NCBI GenBank assembly: GCA_005191425.1
Contig: SUPR01000091.1
Location: 1 to 13,859, forward strand
Length of the DNA stretch: 13,859 nt
DNA from: Candidatus Helarchaeota ASGARD archaeon Hel_GB_B
GTDB lineage: Archaea > Asgardarchaeota > Lokiarchaeia > Helarchaeales > HEL-GB-B
Reading direction: 5' to 3'
How positions within the stretch are numbered: position 1 is the first letter of the stretch; every line of letters begins with the position of its first letter. This document shows, in pieces, positions 1 to 7,815 of this stretch. The notes beneath the pieces are model-generated. The model had not been told where the DNA came from and ran no database searches. It worked only from the letters and a program-made list of their open reading frames with translations. The position numbers and the translations under genes are program-made.

Positions 1-2
1 CT

Positions 3-446
3 GAAATAATATTCTTAAAGGATTTTGATATTAAACCATGTGAAGGGTGTCATATATGCAAAGAGAAAGAAACATGTATAATTAAGGACGATATGCAAAA
101 AATATATCCAAAAATTAAAGGTTCAGATATAATTATTTTATCTAGTCCTTCGTATATGGGAGGCGTAACTTCAAGACTAAAAATTTTTATGGAAAGAACA
201 TGGCATCTTAGATCAGGACAATTAGAAAATAAACTAGGGACATATATAGTAGTAGGGAGGAGAAAAATTGGTTCGGTTATTAATGAAATTGACGAATATT
301 TTTCAAGATTAAGAGTGATAAAAATAACAGGAGTATTGGGATTCGCTTATGAAAAAGACGAGATTTTTAAGGACCAAGAAGCATTAAGAGACCTACAAAT
401 TGTCGGAAAACAAATAATATTCTGGGCAAAAAATATTTCAAAATAA
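3..446 (+). CDS. Iron-sulfur flavoprotein / flavodoxin-like NAD(P)H-dependent FMN reductase family (5'-truncated by window edge)
   Basis: The frame is open from nt 3, upstream of the track's ATG at 93: EIIFLKDFDIKPCEGCHICKEKETCIIKDDMQKI. This gives the Isf-type C-x2-C-x2-C-x5-C motif, followed by the flavodoxin-fold segments IILSSPSYMGGVTSRLKIFMER and GTYIVVGRR. The true start lies outside the window. Confidence 0.9.
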   Translation, partial: EIIFLKDFDIKPCEGCHICKEKETCIIKDDMQKIYPKIKGSDIIILSSPSYMGGVTSRLKIFMERTWHLRSGQLENKLGTYIVVGRRKIGSVINEIDEYFSRLRVIKITGVLGFAYEKDEIFKDQEALRDLQIVGKQIIFWAKNISK

Positions 447-555
447 AAATATTATTTTTAATTGTTTTTTGATTATTATTGAATAAGTTTTTAAAAAAGA
501 TAATTGATATTATGAGAAAAATGTTTAGCTTGATAGGTTTTAATAGAAAAATAGA

Positions 556-1271
556 TTATTCCTTGACTTTAAACATTGCATAATATATTAATATACCGCC
601 TATTAAATAAAATGACCTAAAAAATACGATTATTACGGGTAAACCAACAAGTTCAAAAATGTAAGCTAATGAGACGAAGAGTATTCCAACACCCACAGAA
701 GGATTGCCCTATTACTTTTGAATTTAGATTGGCTTCTAATTTTTGAATCATAATACCAAAAAACCAACACCAGGATAGTTAAGAGTGGAATTAGTATTAC
801 ATACATAATTAAAGGAGTTATTGGAAAACCGATATATATAGGATCCCAAGTAAATTCGATTTCACCTTCAATTACACTTTTTGTTGGGTCGAACAGATGA
901 AAAAGTATCGGTAAACTCATTAAAATTGCTGAAATAACAGTCAATATTTTATATTTTTTAGAAAATGCCATAGAAAACGCAAATGCATCAATAAATACAA
1001 CTACAATTCCACTAACAACTGTAGCAATTCCCCCAAAAAGGAGCCCTAATTGGTCGTCTTTAATTAAAGTCAAAAAAAGCTGCTCTATGGTCAGCAAAAT
1101 CATCGCAACTCCTAAGGAAAAGGCAGCTACCGTAAAAATCTTATTTTGAACGTTCTTGTTTTTTTGTTGGACTCTATACGACTTTCCGCCCACGATAAAG
1201 GATAATATAATCGAAGAGAGGATGAATATCAAACTAATTAAATCAAGTAATAAATCTGTTTATTCTTGCAT
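556..1271 (-). pseudogene. Disrupted 7TM membrane protein, paralog of 1582..2313 (premature TAA at codon 4 plus 2-nt frameshift at ~694-697)
   Basis: SD AGGTGA (1283-1278) and ATG at 1271 read M-Q-E-*-TDLLLDLISLIFIL, colinear with paralog MAFNIELLMDIVSL. After RAILL the homology continues in another frame (GVGILFVSLAYIFELVGLPVIIVFFRSFYLIGGILIYYAMFKVKE*, stop at 558-556), matching paralog GLGVMAFASAYIIELFGL...RIFYIVGSILLYYGLFGIKE. The repaired length is 237 aa. The track ORF 666..1232 is only the middle piece. Confidence 0.88.
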
Positions 1272-1277
1272 TTTTTA

Positions 1278-1283
1278 TCACCT
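1278..1283 (-). promoter_or_regulatory. Shine-Dalgarno site AGGTGA of the 7TM pseudogene
   Basis: Minus strand reads AGGTGA-TAAAAA-ATG(1271), a canonical archaeal SD with 6-nt spacing. Confidence 0.75.
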
Positions 1284-1581
1284 AATTAGACCTCATATTT
1301 TCCTAAAATCTGATAAGAAATTCTTGGTCGATAAACATATTTTAAATATTAAAGAAAAGATTAGTTTCCAAATATAAATTTTTCATAAATATTTTTTTAA
1401 TTAATTATGATTTTTAAAATGAATTTGTGGTAGAAAAATTGGGAGAATTTAGTAAAAATCTTTTTCATACAATCTATTATAATTAAAATCAGAAGTATTA
1501 AAGTCATGAAATGTAAAATAAAAAAAATGAATATTTAATGGTCAATCTGAGCTGATCTATAAATAAAAATAAACTAAAAAA

Positions 1582-2313
1582 TTATGTGGATTTTTCTTTT
1601 ATACCAAATAGGCCATAATATAAAAGAATACTACCAACAATATAAAAAATCCGCATAATTGTAGTAGTTAAAGGGTCAAGTCCAAATAACTCAATGATAT
1701 AGGCTGAAGCAAATGCCATTACACCGAGACCTAATGTGAGCGACCTGGTAGATCTAGTTGTAGATTTGCGCCTAATTTTAATGCTGTAATAGAAAAAAAC
1801 TAATGTTGGAATGGTAAGTAAAACAAATGAGATAATTAATACCATAAGTCTAGTAATAGGAAAACCAATAGCAAGAGGATCCCAACTGAAAGAAATTTCA
1901 CCCTCACTTACATGTTTGGTGGGATCAAATAAGAAAAATCCTAAATAAACTGATACAAATAAAGCGGAAAATATCGTTAAAATTTTGTATTTTTTCGTGA
2001 ATACCATATTAAATGCAAATGCATCTATAGAAACGATTGCACCACCACTAATAACTACAGCTATAGAACCGAAAATTTGCATACCTAAAAATTCGTTACA
2101 CAATAGGTCGGAAAGAAATAATTTCTCTGCAACCAAGAAAATCATAGCAAATGCAATAAAAATTGCTGTTAAAGTAAAAATTAATGTATTAATTACTTTA
2201 TTCTTCTTATAAGAACGATATGATTTTACACTAATCACAAGATTAATTATTATTGCAACTAATATAATCCCTAAACTCACTATATCCATTAAAAGTTCGA
2301 TATTGAAAGCCAT
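1582..2313 (-). CDS. Standalone seven-transmembrane protein (HisKA_7TM-like sensor topology, no output domain)
   Basis: 243 aa with seven hydrophobic segments by eye, a longer loop between TM4 and TM5 (FDPTKHVSEGEISFSWDP) and a basic loop after TM5 (KIRRKSTTRSTRS). Clear paralog immediately downstream. The family label is inference. Confidence 0.85.
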   Translation of the reverse strand: MAFNIELLMDIVSLGIILVAIIINLVISVKSYRSYKKNKVINTLIFTLTAIFIAFAMIFLVAEKLFLSDLLCNEFLGMQIFGSIAVVISGGAIVSIDAFAFNMVFTKKYKILTIFSALFVSVYLGFFLFDPTKHVSEGEISFSWDPLAIGFPITRLMVLIISFVLLTIPTLVFFYYSIKIRRKSTTRSTRSLTLGLGVMAFASAYIIELFGLDPLTTTIMRIFYIVGSILLYYGLFGIKEKST

Positions 2314-2398
2314 AAAAAAACCTTCATAATTTTTGATTTAGTAATAAATAATTATGAAAATTATAATAAATATTTTTTTCGATTATTTATAAATAAAA

Positions 2399-3304
2399 TC
2401 AAATTGGATAATAAAGACTTGAATCGTGAATAACTCGGTCGGATTCATTTATAGACATCTTTAAAGTATAGTCCATCAAAGAAAAATCACTGATTTTTAT
2501 TCTATGGTTATTAATAAATAATTGTTTTAATTGAAGTTTAGGGCCAAAAAAGGAACAGATTCCATTATTTATGAGGTCATTATTAAGGGTCAGCCACAAT
2601 GGTAGCCAGATTTCAGGGAATTTCCATCCATGTACACCATTTAATTGGCTAGGTGTAATGTTATAAGAACGTGCATTACCTCTTAAATTTTTTGATGGCG
2701 GAAAAAAGCAAACATCACCATTTTTTCCTTCATGAAACAATTTAAAATGAATTATTGGATAATTATTATAAGAATATTTTATCTTTTTAAGTAATATAGG
2801 AGTATGCACTCCTTTACCAAATTTTAAATTAAAATTTTGGAGTGAAATTTTTTTATTTTTTAATGGGGAGATTTCAAAATGCGAGCAAAAAAAGACATTA
2901 TCAATAGTTTCATCACCTTTATTAATAATGACCCAAATACGCTCTAAGTCAATTTTACGGCCAATTGGAGTATCATGATCCCAGATAAAAGAATAAATTA
3001 GAAGAATTTTATTTTCATCTTTATCTTTGACATCACCCAATACGACCAATGGTGGGTCTAAGAACCTACCTTTAACCTGGAGAATTTTCTTCATTCCAAC
3101 GCTGGCGATTAAAGGGCACCTAATGGCAGGCCTAAATTTGTATAAAAGAAATGTGTCCTCATTCTTAAAAATATTGTTTAAATTATTTGAAATTTTTAAT
3201 CGCTTTTTAAAAGAATCATATGCTTTTTTGAACAACTCATTATACGGATCAAATACCTTCTTATTGATTTTTAGGAACTCTTTCAATGTATCAAAACTGG
3301 ACAA
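2399..3304 (-). CDS. Hypothetical soluble protein with Vps62/NPP1(NLP)-like motif series
   Basis: 301-aa ORF with TTG start supported by SD AGGTGA 7 nt upstream. Ordered motifs LLYKFRPAI, LIYSFIWDHD, GRKIDLERIWVII, VFFCSHF and FGKGVHTP resemble Vps62/NPP1-type consensus elements. The CDS is well supported; the family call is moderate. Confidence 0.75.
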   Translation of the reverse strand: MSSFDTLKEFLKINKKVFDPYNELFKKAYDSFKKRLKISNNLNNIFKNEDTFLLYKFRPAIRCPLIASVGMKKILQVKGRFLDPPLVVLGDVKDKDENKILLIYSFIWDHDTPIGRKIDLERIWVIINKGDETIDNVFFCSHFEISPLKNKKISLQNFNLKFGKGVHTPILLKKIKYSYNNYPIIHFKLFHEGKNGDVCFFPPSKNLRGNARSYNITPSQLNGVHGWKFPEIWLPLWLTLNNDLINNGICSFFGPKLQLKQLFINNHRIKISDFSLMDYTLKMSINESDRVIHDSSLYYPI

Positions 3305-3311
3305 TGAAACT

Positions 3312-3317
3312 TCACCT
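3312..3317 (-). promoter_or_regulatory. Shine-Dalgarno site AGGTGA for the TTG-initiated 301-aa CDS
   Basis: Minus strand reads ATAGGTGA-AGTTTCA-TTG(3304). Confidence 0.7.
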
Positions 3318-3330
3318 ATAAAGAAAAAAA

Positions 3331-3360
3331 ATTTAAGAAATAATCAGCATATTTAAGAAA
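3331..3360. repeat. 10-bp direct repeat ATTTAAGAAA x2 with 20-bp period
   Basis: 3331-3340 and 3351-3360 are identical and lie in the alba to 301-aa CDS spacer. Confidence 0.6.
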
Positions 3361-3378
3361 GTATATAGTTAAAATTGT

Positions 3379-3660
3379 TTATTTTTTAAGGCTCACTTCA
3401 ATTTCAAGAGTTGATACATTAAATGAGCCTCTATCGCTACTATCAATAGTATCAGTTCCAGTAGTTATTTTGACATTTTTTATTTTATCTTTTATAAACC
3501 TATTTTTTAAAATTTCTAAAACATCTACTGCTTTAGAAATCGACCTACCGCGAGATTTGATTATTATTTTATCCATCCCAGATTGTATTACTGTAAAACA
3601 TGCCATTACATAGCTCATTGCCGACTTTTTTCCTATAAAGATCACATTTTCTTCCGACAT
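3379..3660 (-). CDS. albA: Archaeal DNA/RNA-binding chromatin protein Alba
   Basis: 93 aa with hallmark motifs VIFIGKKSAMSYV, IIIKSRGRSISKAVDVLEI and NVSTLEIEV. Confidence 0.97.
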   Translation of the reverse strand: MSEENVIFIGKKSAMSYVMACFTVIQSGMDKIIIKSRGRSISKAVDVLEILKNRFIKDKIKNVKITTGTDTIDSSDRGSFNVSTLEIEVSLKK

Positions 3661-4112
3661 TCTTTATTCATCCGAATTACTTTTTGATTATTTATTTTAT
3701 TCATTGAATTTATTTCGATAATACCTCCTGAAACTAAATCTATTCCTAGATTGCTAAGTTCCAGTGAATTGAAGGTAAGATTTCCGACAATTATTGAGGT
3801 GAAAATTGGGGTATTAAAATCATTTGGTCTGTATAATTATTAATAAATTTGTCTTTTAAAAAAATGACTGAAACTCGAAATTTCTTCTTTTTTTCATCTT
3901 TTAAAAAATTATTGATGGGTATAGGACCAAACTAGCATTTTTTATTTTTTTTGAAAATATTTCTAAAGTTTTTAGTTAATTTAAAAATCAATTAAGGTTA
4001 TAGACCTTATATTTGAGATAGTTGATTTATGAATTATTTTATAAATTACTATTATTTCACGGCTATAGAATTTTTTTTTAATGGGATTTTCAGTGTTTAA
4101 GCGCAAAAATTA

Positions 4113-5804
4113 CTAATCATGAAATGTTTCATTGGCAAGGATTATTATAAATTGTCCATATGTTTCGTTTCTAATTATTTTTACATCTGGTGGTAAAAAT
4201 ATGTGGGATCCCATATTTGGAATTATTTCAAATATAGTTTCATTATATTCTAAAGCAAGTTCATCAGGATTACCCGATTTTTTTGCATTTAAACCAGTGA
4301 TTAGAATTGTAAAATAATAAATTCCAAGATCTTGTACTAAAACAATTGAACCTGCAAGTGAACTATTTGACTCGACGTAATTTTTTAAATATAACAAATC
4401 CTCTTCTCCGCCATGAGTTAAAATAGGTTGAAATGAATAAAAACAGAAATAATTCGTCTGTATAATCATTGACGTAGAATAAAAACCAATAATAAAGATA
4501 GCAGCAAGCCTTTTTTTACCCATATTTAGTTTTTTTAGCGAGTACCCAATTAATAAAGAAATTGGCACGAAATTCATAATTTCAAATCGTGTCCTCCATT
4601 CAAATGGAATAAATGAGAGCGAAAGAAGAGTACTCATCAAAAATATTGCAATGATAGAACCTTTAATTCGGTTTAAAATTTTATCATTTTTATTTCTATA
4701 GATTTCAAAGCAAATAAGTGAAATACCCGCAGCGACAGGAAATGTTGTTAAAAGATTTAACAGGTCAAAAATTGGGTTTTGGGGTAGTGGAAAAGGAGAT
4801 GGAATTTTAGAGATATTTGGGACTATCAAGTAAATTGGAAAGTATATAATTAAATAAAAACCAATATATTGAATATATTTAGGACTTTTTCGCTTTTTTA
4901 TTAAGTCAATTACAATTATTATAATTCCACTAATCGTAATTATACCAAGAATACTAATAATAACTGAATTTAGCCAAATATCTGGCATTTCTTTAGGTGG
5001 TTGTTTAAAAACAGGAAATCTTAAGGAAAAATGCAATAAACCATTAACAAATTGATAGATTTTGGAAAATTGATCAAAATATTCTGGAGAAATGAAATAT
5101 CCAATAAGAATAATACAACCAGCCGATATAGTAAGGAATGATATAATTTTAATCTCAGACCATGGTAATTTTTTGAAAACTACTAAAGAATAAATAATCG
5201 AATAAATTAAATATATGAATACAAATCCAACTATAAAACCTGTAGGATAAATATGTGTAAAGATTGTTAAAATTAAAAACAATAAAGATAATCCATAATA
5301 TAAAATCGATTTTTTCAATGAATGCTTTTTCTCACATGTTATGATAAAAAAATAGGTAAAACACAACATGAAGAGTACTCCTACCGAATTTTTTACAAAA
5401 TCACCCATCATTCGGAATAGTAAAGGGTTGAAAGTCGATACAAATGCTCCAAATAAAGCTGCTATATTATTTTTAGTAATTTTTCTTATTATGAAAAAAG
5501 TAGGGAGTGGTATTAAGGAGCATAATGTTGTTATTCCAACTTTTATCCCTAATGTAACATTAGATAAGAACATTGACCATAATGCAAAATAATAAAAGAC
5601 AAATGGGTTATCATCAGACCACATTAATCCAGTTTCAAGAATATTTTTAACATTTAAATCATAATAAGCTCCGTCTACTCCATAAGAATATGGATATAAT
5701 AAAAATAAACTCAATTGATAAATAAAAGATATTGCGATTATGAAGATTAATATAAGGTACGAATAATTTTTTGTAATGAAATTATTTAGGCTCTTTTTCT
5801 TCAA
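4113..5804 (-). CDS. GT-C superfamily multipass membrane glycosyltransferase (PMT/ArnT/AglB-like)
   Basis: 563 aa with many TM segments. The first external loop carries the GT-C-type acidic motif YGVDGAYYDLNVKNILETG; further conserved-looking motifs GDFVKNSVG, THIYPT and WRTRF; small C-terminal soluble domain. TTG start with GGTG upstream (5816-5813). Substrate unknown. Confidence 0.75.
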   Translation of the reverse strand: MKKKSLNNFITKNYSYLILIFIIAISFIYQLSLFLLYPYSYGVDGAYYDLNVKNILETGLMWSDDNPFVFYYFALWSMFLSNVTLGIKVGITTLCSLIPLPTFFIIRKITKNNIAALFGAFVSTFNPLLFRMMGDFVKNSVGVLFMLCFTYFFIITCEKKHSLKKSILYYGLSLLFLILTIFTHIYPTGFIVGFVFIYLIYSIIYSLVVFKKLPWSEIKIISFLTISAGCIILIGYFISPEYFDQFSKIYQFVNGLLHFSLRFPVFKQPPKEMPDIWLNSVIISILGIITISGIIIIVIDLIKKRKSPKYIQYIGFYLIIYFPIYLIVPNISKIPSPFPLPQNPIFDLLNLLTTFPVAAGISLICFEIYRNKNDKILNRIKGSIIAIFLMSTLLSLSFIPFEWRTRFEIMNFVPISLLIGYSLKKLNMGKKRLAAIFIIGFYSTSMIIQTNYFCFYSFQPILTHGGEEDLLYLKNYVESNSSLAGSIVLVQDLGIYYFTILITGLNAKKSGNPDELALEYNETIFEIIPNMGSHIFLPPDVKIIRNETYGQFIIILANETFHD

Positions 5805-5916
5805 TTTAATCGCACCAAATAAATCAATTTTATCAATTAAGATATTATTTTTAATTTTTTTGACTGTAATTTTTTATAATTTTTAAATTTTATCTAATGA
5901 AAATAAGAAAAATTTT

Positions 5917-6972
5917 TCAAGTTAATGGATATTCACCATATTTTCCAAAACGTCTAAAAGTTGAAATACTTATGTCCATATTCCTTTTTGGTATATTGAT
6001 TGCTGTATAATCAGCATAATTTGTACCTATCAAACCGCCTTTACCTAATTTTTTAATGATCTGTAATACAACTGCTGCCACTTCGCGAGGAGTTTTAAAT
6101 GGTAATATTTTTTGAATATCAGCAACGCAACAATAGCTAATTTTCCCGTTGAACTCTTTTAGGCGATCCAGCCCAGTCATTAAAGGAGAGTCCAGTTGGA
6201 GGCAATCTACACCTGAATCGATTAAACTCGGAATAAGTGAATAAATATTTCCGCATGAATGCAACATAAAAAGCATACCATGGTCATGAATCCGTTCAGT
6301 TACTTGTTTATAAAGAGGTTTTATTACCTTATTAAAATCACTGGGCGATATAAATGTCCCAGTCTCAGTACCCCAATCGTCAGTAGCTATTATACCGTCA
6401 GCTCCAAATTTAGCCCATTGGTCTACAAACCAGCAGTACCAATCAGCAAGTTTCTCGCCTAATTCAGTTACTTTTTCTTTATTTCGTTTGATATCAACAC
6501 AAATATTCCAAAAACCTCTTAAAAAATGCATTCGTTCGAAGAAAAAGTTATCAATTGAACCAAGTCTAAATCTAGACTTACCAAATACTCGGAATAAAAA
6601 TTTACTGAGCCACCATCTCCCTTTGTTTATTTTTTTTGGAGTCTTAAAATTCTTAAGATCAGCCCATGTCTTTATTACTCTAGGATCTATGACTTGTCCA
6701 ATGGTCTCATTTTCAGGTGGAGCATACCATATACACCCAAATTCGTCCATAAAATATAATTTACGGCCTTTCAGTAACCGCGTATAAATGTATGAAGATG
6801 GAGTTCTTGGTATAAAACCTTTTTTGGGTGGTTTCCACCGCCAATATGGAAAATTCATGCTTGCAACTATATCGGATTCCCATGGACTTGTTGCTAAATA
6901 TAGCGGTATTCTATCTACATACTTGCATTTCATTGCATTATAACTTCTTGTCCTACTGTCCATTATTTTCAT
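5917..6972 (-). CDS. Uroporphyrinogen decarboxylase / MtaA-CmuA family TIM-barrel protein
   Basis: Family motifs MDSRTRS...DRIP, DEFGCIW, FFERMHFLRG, DDWGTETGTFISP, HSCGN, LQLD and ADIQKILP. The real start is probably the ATG at 6963 (MDSRTR..., with AGATGA upstream). Confidence 0.9.
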   Translation of the reverse strand: MKIMDSRTRSYNAMKCKYVDRIPLYLATSPWESDIVASMNFPYWRWKPPKKGFIPRTPSSYIYTRLLKGRKLYFMDEFGCIWYAPPENETIGQVIDPRVIKTWADLKNFKTPKKINKGRWWLSKFLFRVFGKSRFRLGSIDNFFFERMHFLRGFWNICVDIKRNKEKVTELGEKLADWYCWFVDQWAKFGADGIIATDDWGTETGTFISPSDFNKVIKPLYKQVTERIHDHGMLFMLHSCGNIYSLIPSLIDSGVDCLQLDSPLMTGLDRLKEFNGKISYCCVADIQKILPFKTPREVAAVVLQIIKKLGKGGLIGTNYADYTAINIPKRNMDISISTFRRFGKYGEYPLT

Positions 6973-7200
6973 CTATAAAATTATTAAATTTAAAATCATA
7001 GATTATCTTTAGTTGTATAAAAATATTTTAAACATTTTTAAGTATTATAAGAGTAAAAGATATATAATATGTTAATTGGATTCTGTAATTATAATTAAGA
7101 TTTGGAACAGATACTAAATAAAAAAAAATTAACTTTAATATATTTATTCAGATATTTCAATTTATTTTAAATGAATAATATTGTTTTTTAAATAAAAGGT

Positions 7201-7815
7201 GTGAAATTGGCATTACAATTAATTAAAAAAATAAACAATTTTGATATAAAATGGGTATGTAAAATAAACCATCAAGAATTTAATCCAATTTTAGATCTAT
7301 TATTCAAGATTTTTACACATGTTGGGTCATTTGTTGCTTGGATTAGTATAGCTTTTATATTATATGTTTTTGATCTGTTTGAGCCATCTTTTTGGTTATA
7401 TGCAACTTGTATAAATGGTGGGATAATAGCATTACCGATAAAATTAATTATAAGAAGAGATAGACCTTTTATCGCAAAAAAAATAAAATGTAAAATCAAT
7501 TTGAAGGATAAATTTATAATTAGCAAACATACATCGTTTCCATCAGGCCATTCAGTATATTATTCTTCTTGTACTATAATTTTATTAGTAATATTTGGCT
7601 ATTGGTGGCTTTACTTTATTTTAATACCATTTGCATTCATTGTTGCTTTTACAAGAGTTAATTTAGGAGCGCATTATCCTTCAGATGTCATATTTGGCTA
7701 TATTATTGGCTTTTTTATTTCTTTAATAACAATATATATTTTTCCATTCTATTTACCAATTTTCTGGGAAATTTCGGATAAACTAAGATACTTTTGGAAT
7801 TTAACATTTCCATAG
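7201..7815 (+). CDS. PAP2 family membrane phosphatase
   Basis: All three PAP2 motifs are present: KLIIRRDRP, SFPSGH and TRVNLGAHYPSDV, with hydrophobic helices. The start may be TTG at 7207 because AGGTG at 7197-7201 is SD-positioned for it. Confidence 0.95.
   Translation: MKLALQLIKKINNFDIKWVCKINHQEFNPILDLLFKIFTHVGSFVAWISIAFILYVFDLFEPSFWLYATCINGGIIALPIKLIIRRDRPFIAKKIKCKINLKDKFIISKHTSFPSGHSVYYSSCTIILLVIFGYWWLYFILIPFAFIVAFTRVNLGAHYPSDVIFGYIIGFFISLITIYIFPFYLPIFWEISDKLRYFWNLTFP

Noticed and set aside
93-446. ORF-track start at 93 for the flavoprotein
   Set aside because: The frame is open to the window edge and the Fe-S Cys motif lies upstream of 93, so this ATG is internal.
666-1232. 188-aa ORF as an intact gene
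   Set aside because: It is the middle fragment of the 556..1271 pseudogene; its tail WVLEYSSSH is out-of-frame sequence.
1156-1377. 73-aa plus-strand ORF
   Set aside because: Antisense to the pseudogene 5' end and its SD, with no recognisable motif.
1985-2212. 75-aa plus-strand ORF
   Set aside because: Shadow ORF wholly antisense to the 7TM gene.
1582-2313. Rhodopsin or GPCR assignment for the 7TM protein
   Set aside because: TM7 (IMRIFYIVGSILLYYGL) has no retinal-binding Lys, and no DRY/NPxxY motifs are present. Only the topology is shared.
3027-3356. 109-aa plus-strand ORF
   Set aside because: Antisense shadow of the SD-supported 301-aa CDS.
4132-5592. Plus-strand ORFs 4132..4317 and 5368..5592
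   Set aside because: Antisense shadows inside the GT-C gene.
6259-6787. Plus-strand ORFs 6259..6462 and 6488..6787
   Set aside because: Antisense shadows inside the UroD-family gene.
7272-7526. 84-aa minus-strand ORF
   Set aside because: Antisense to the PAP2 gene, which has all catalytic motifs.
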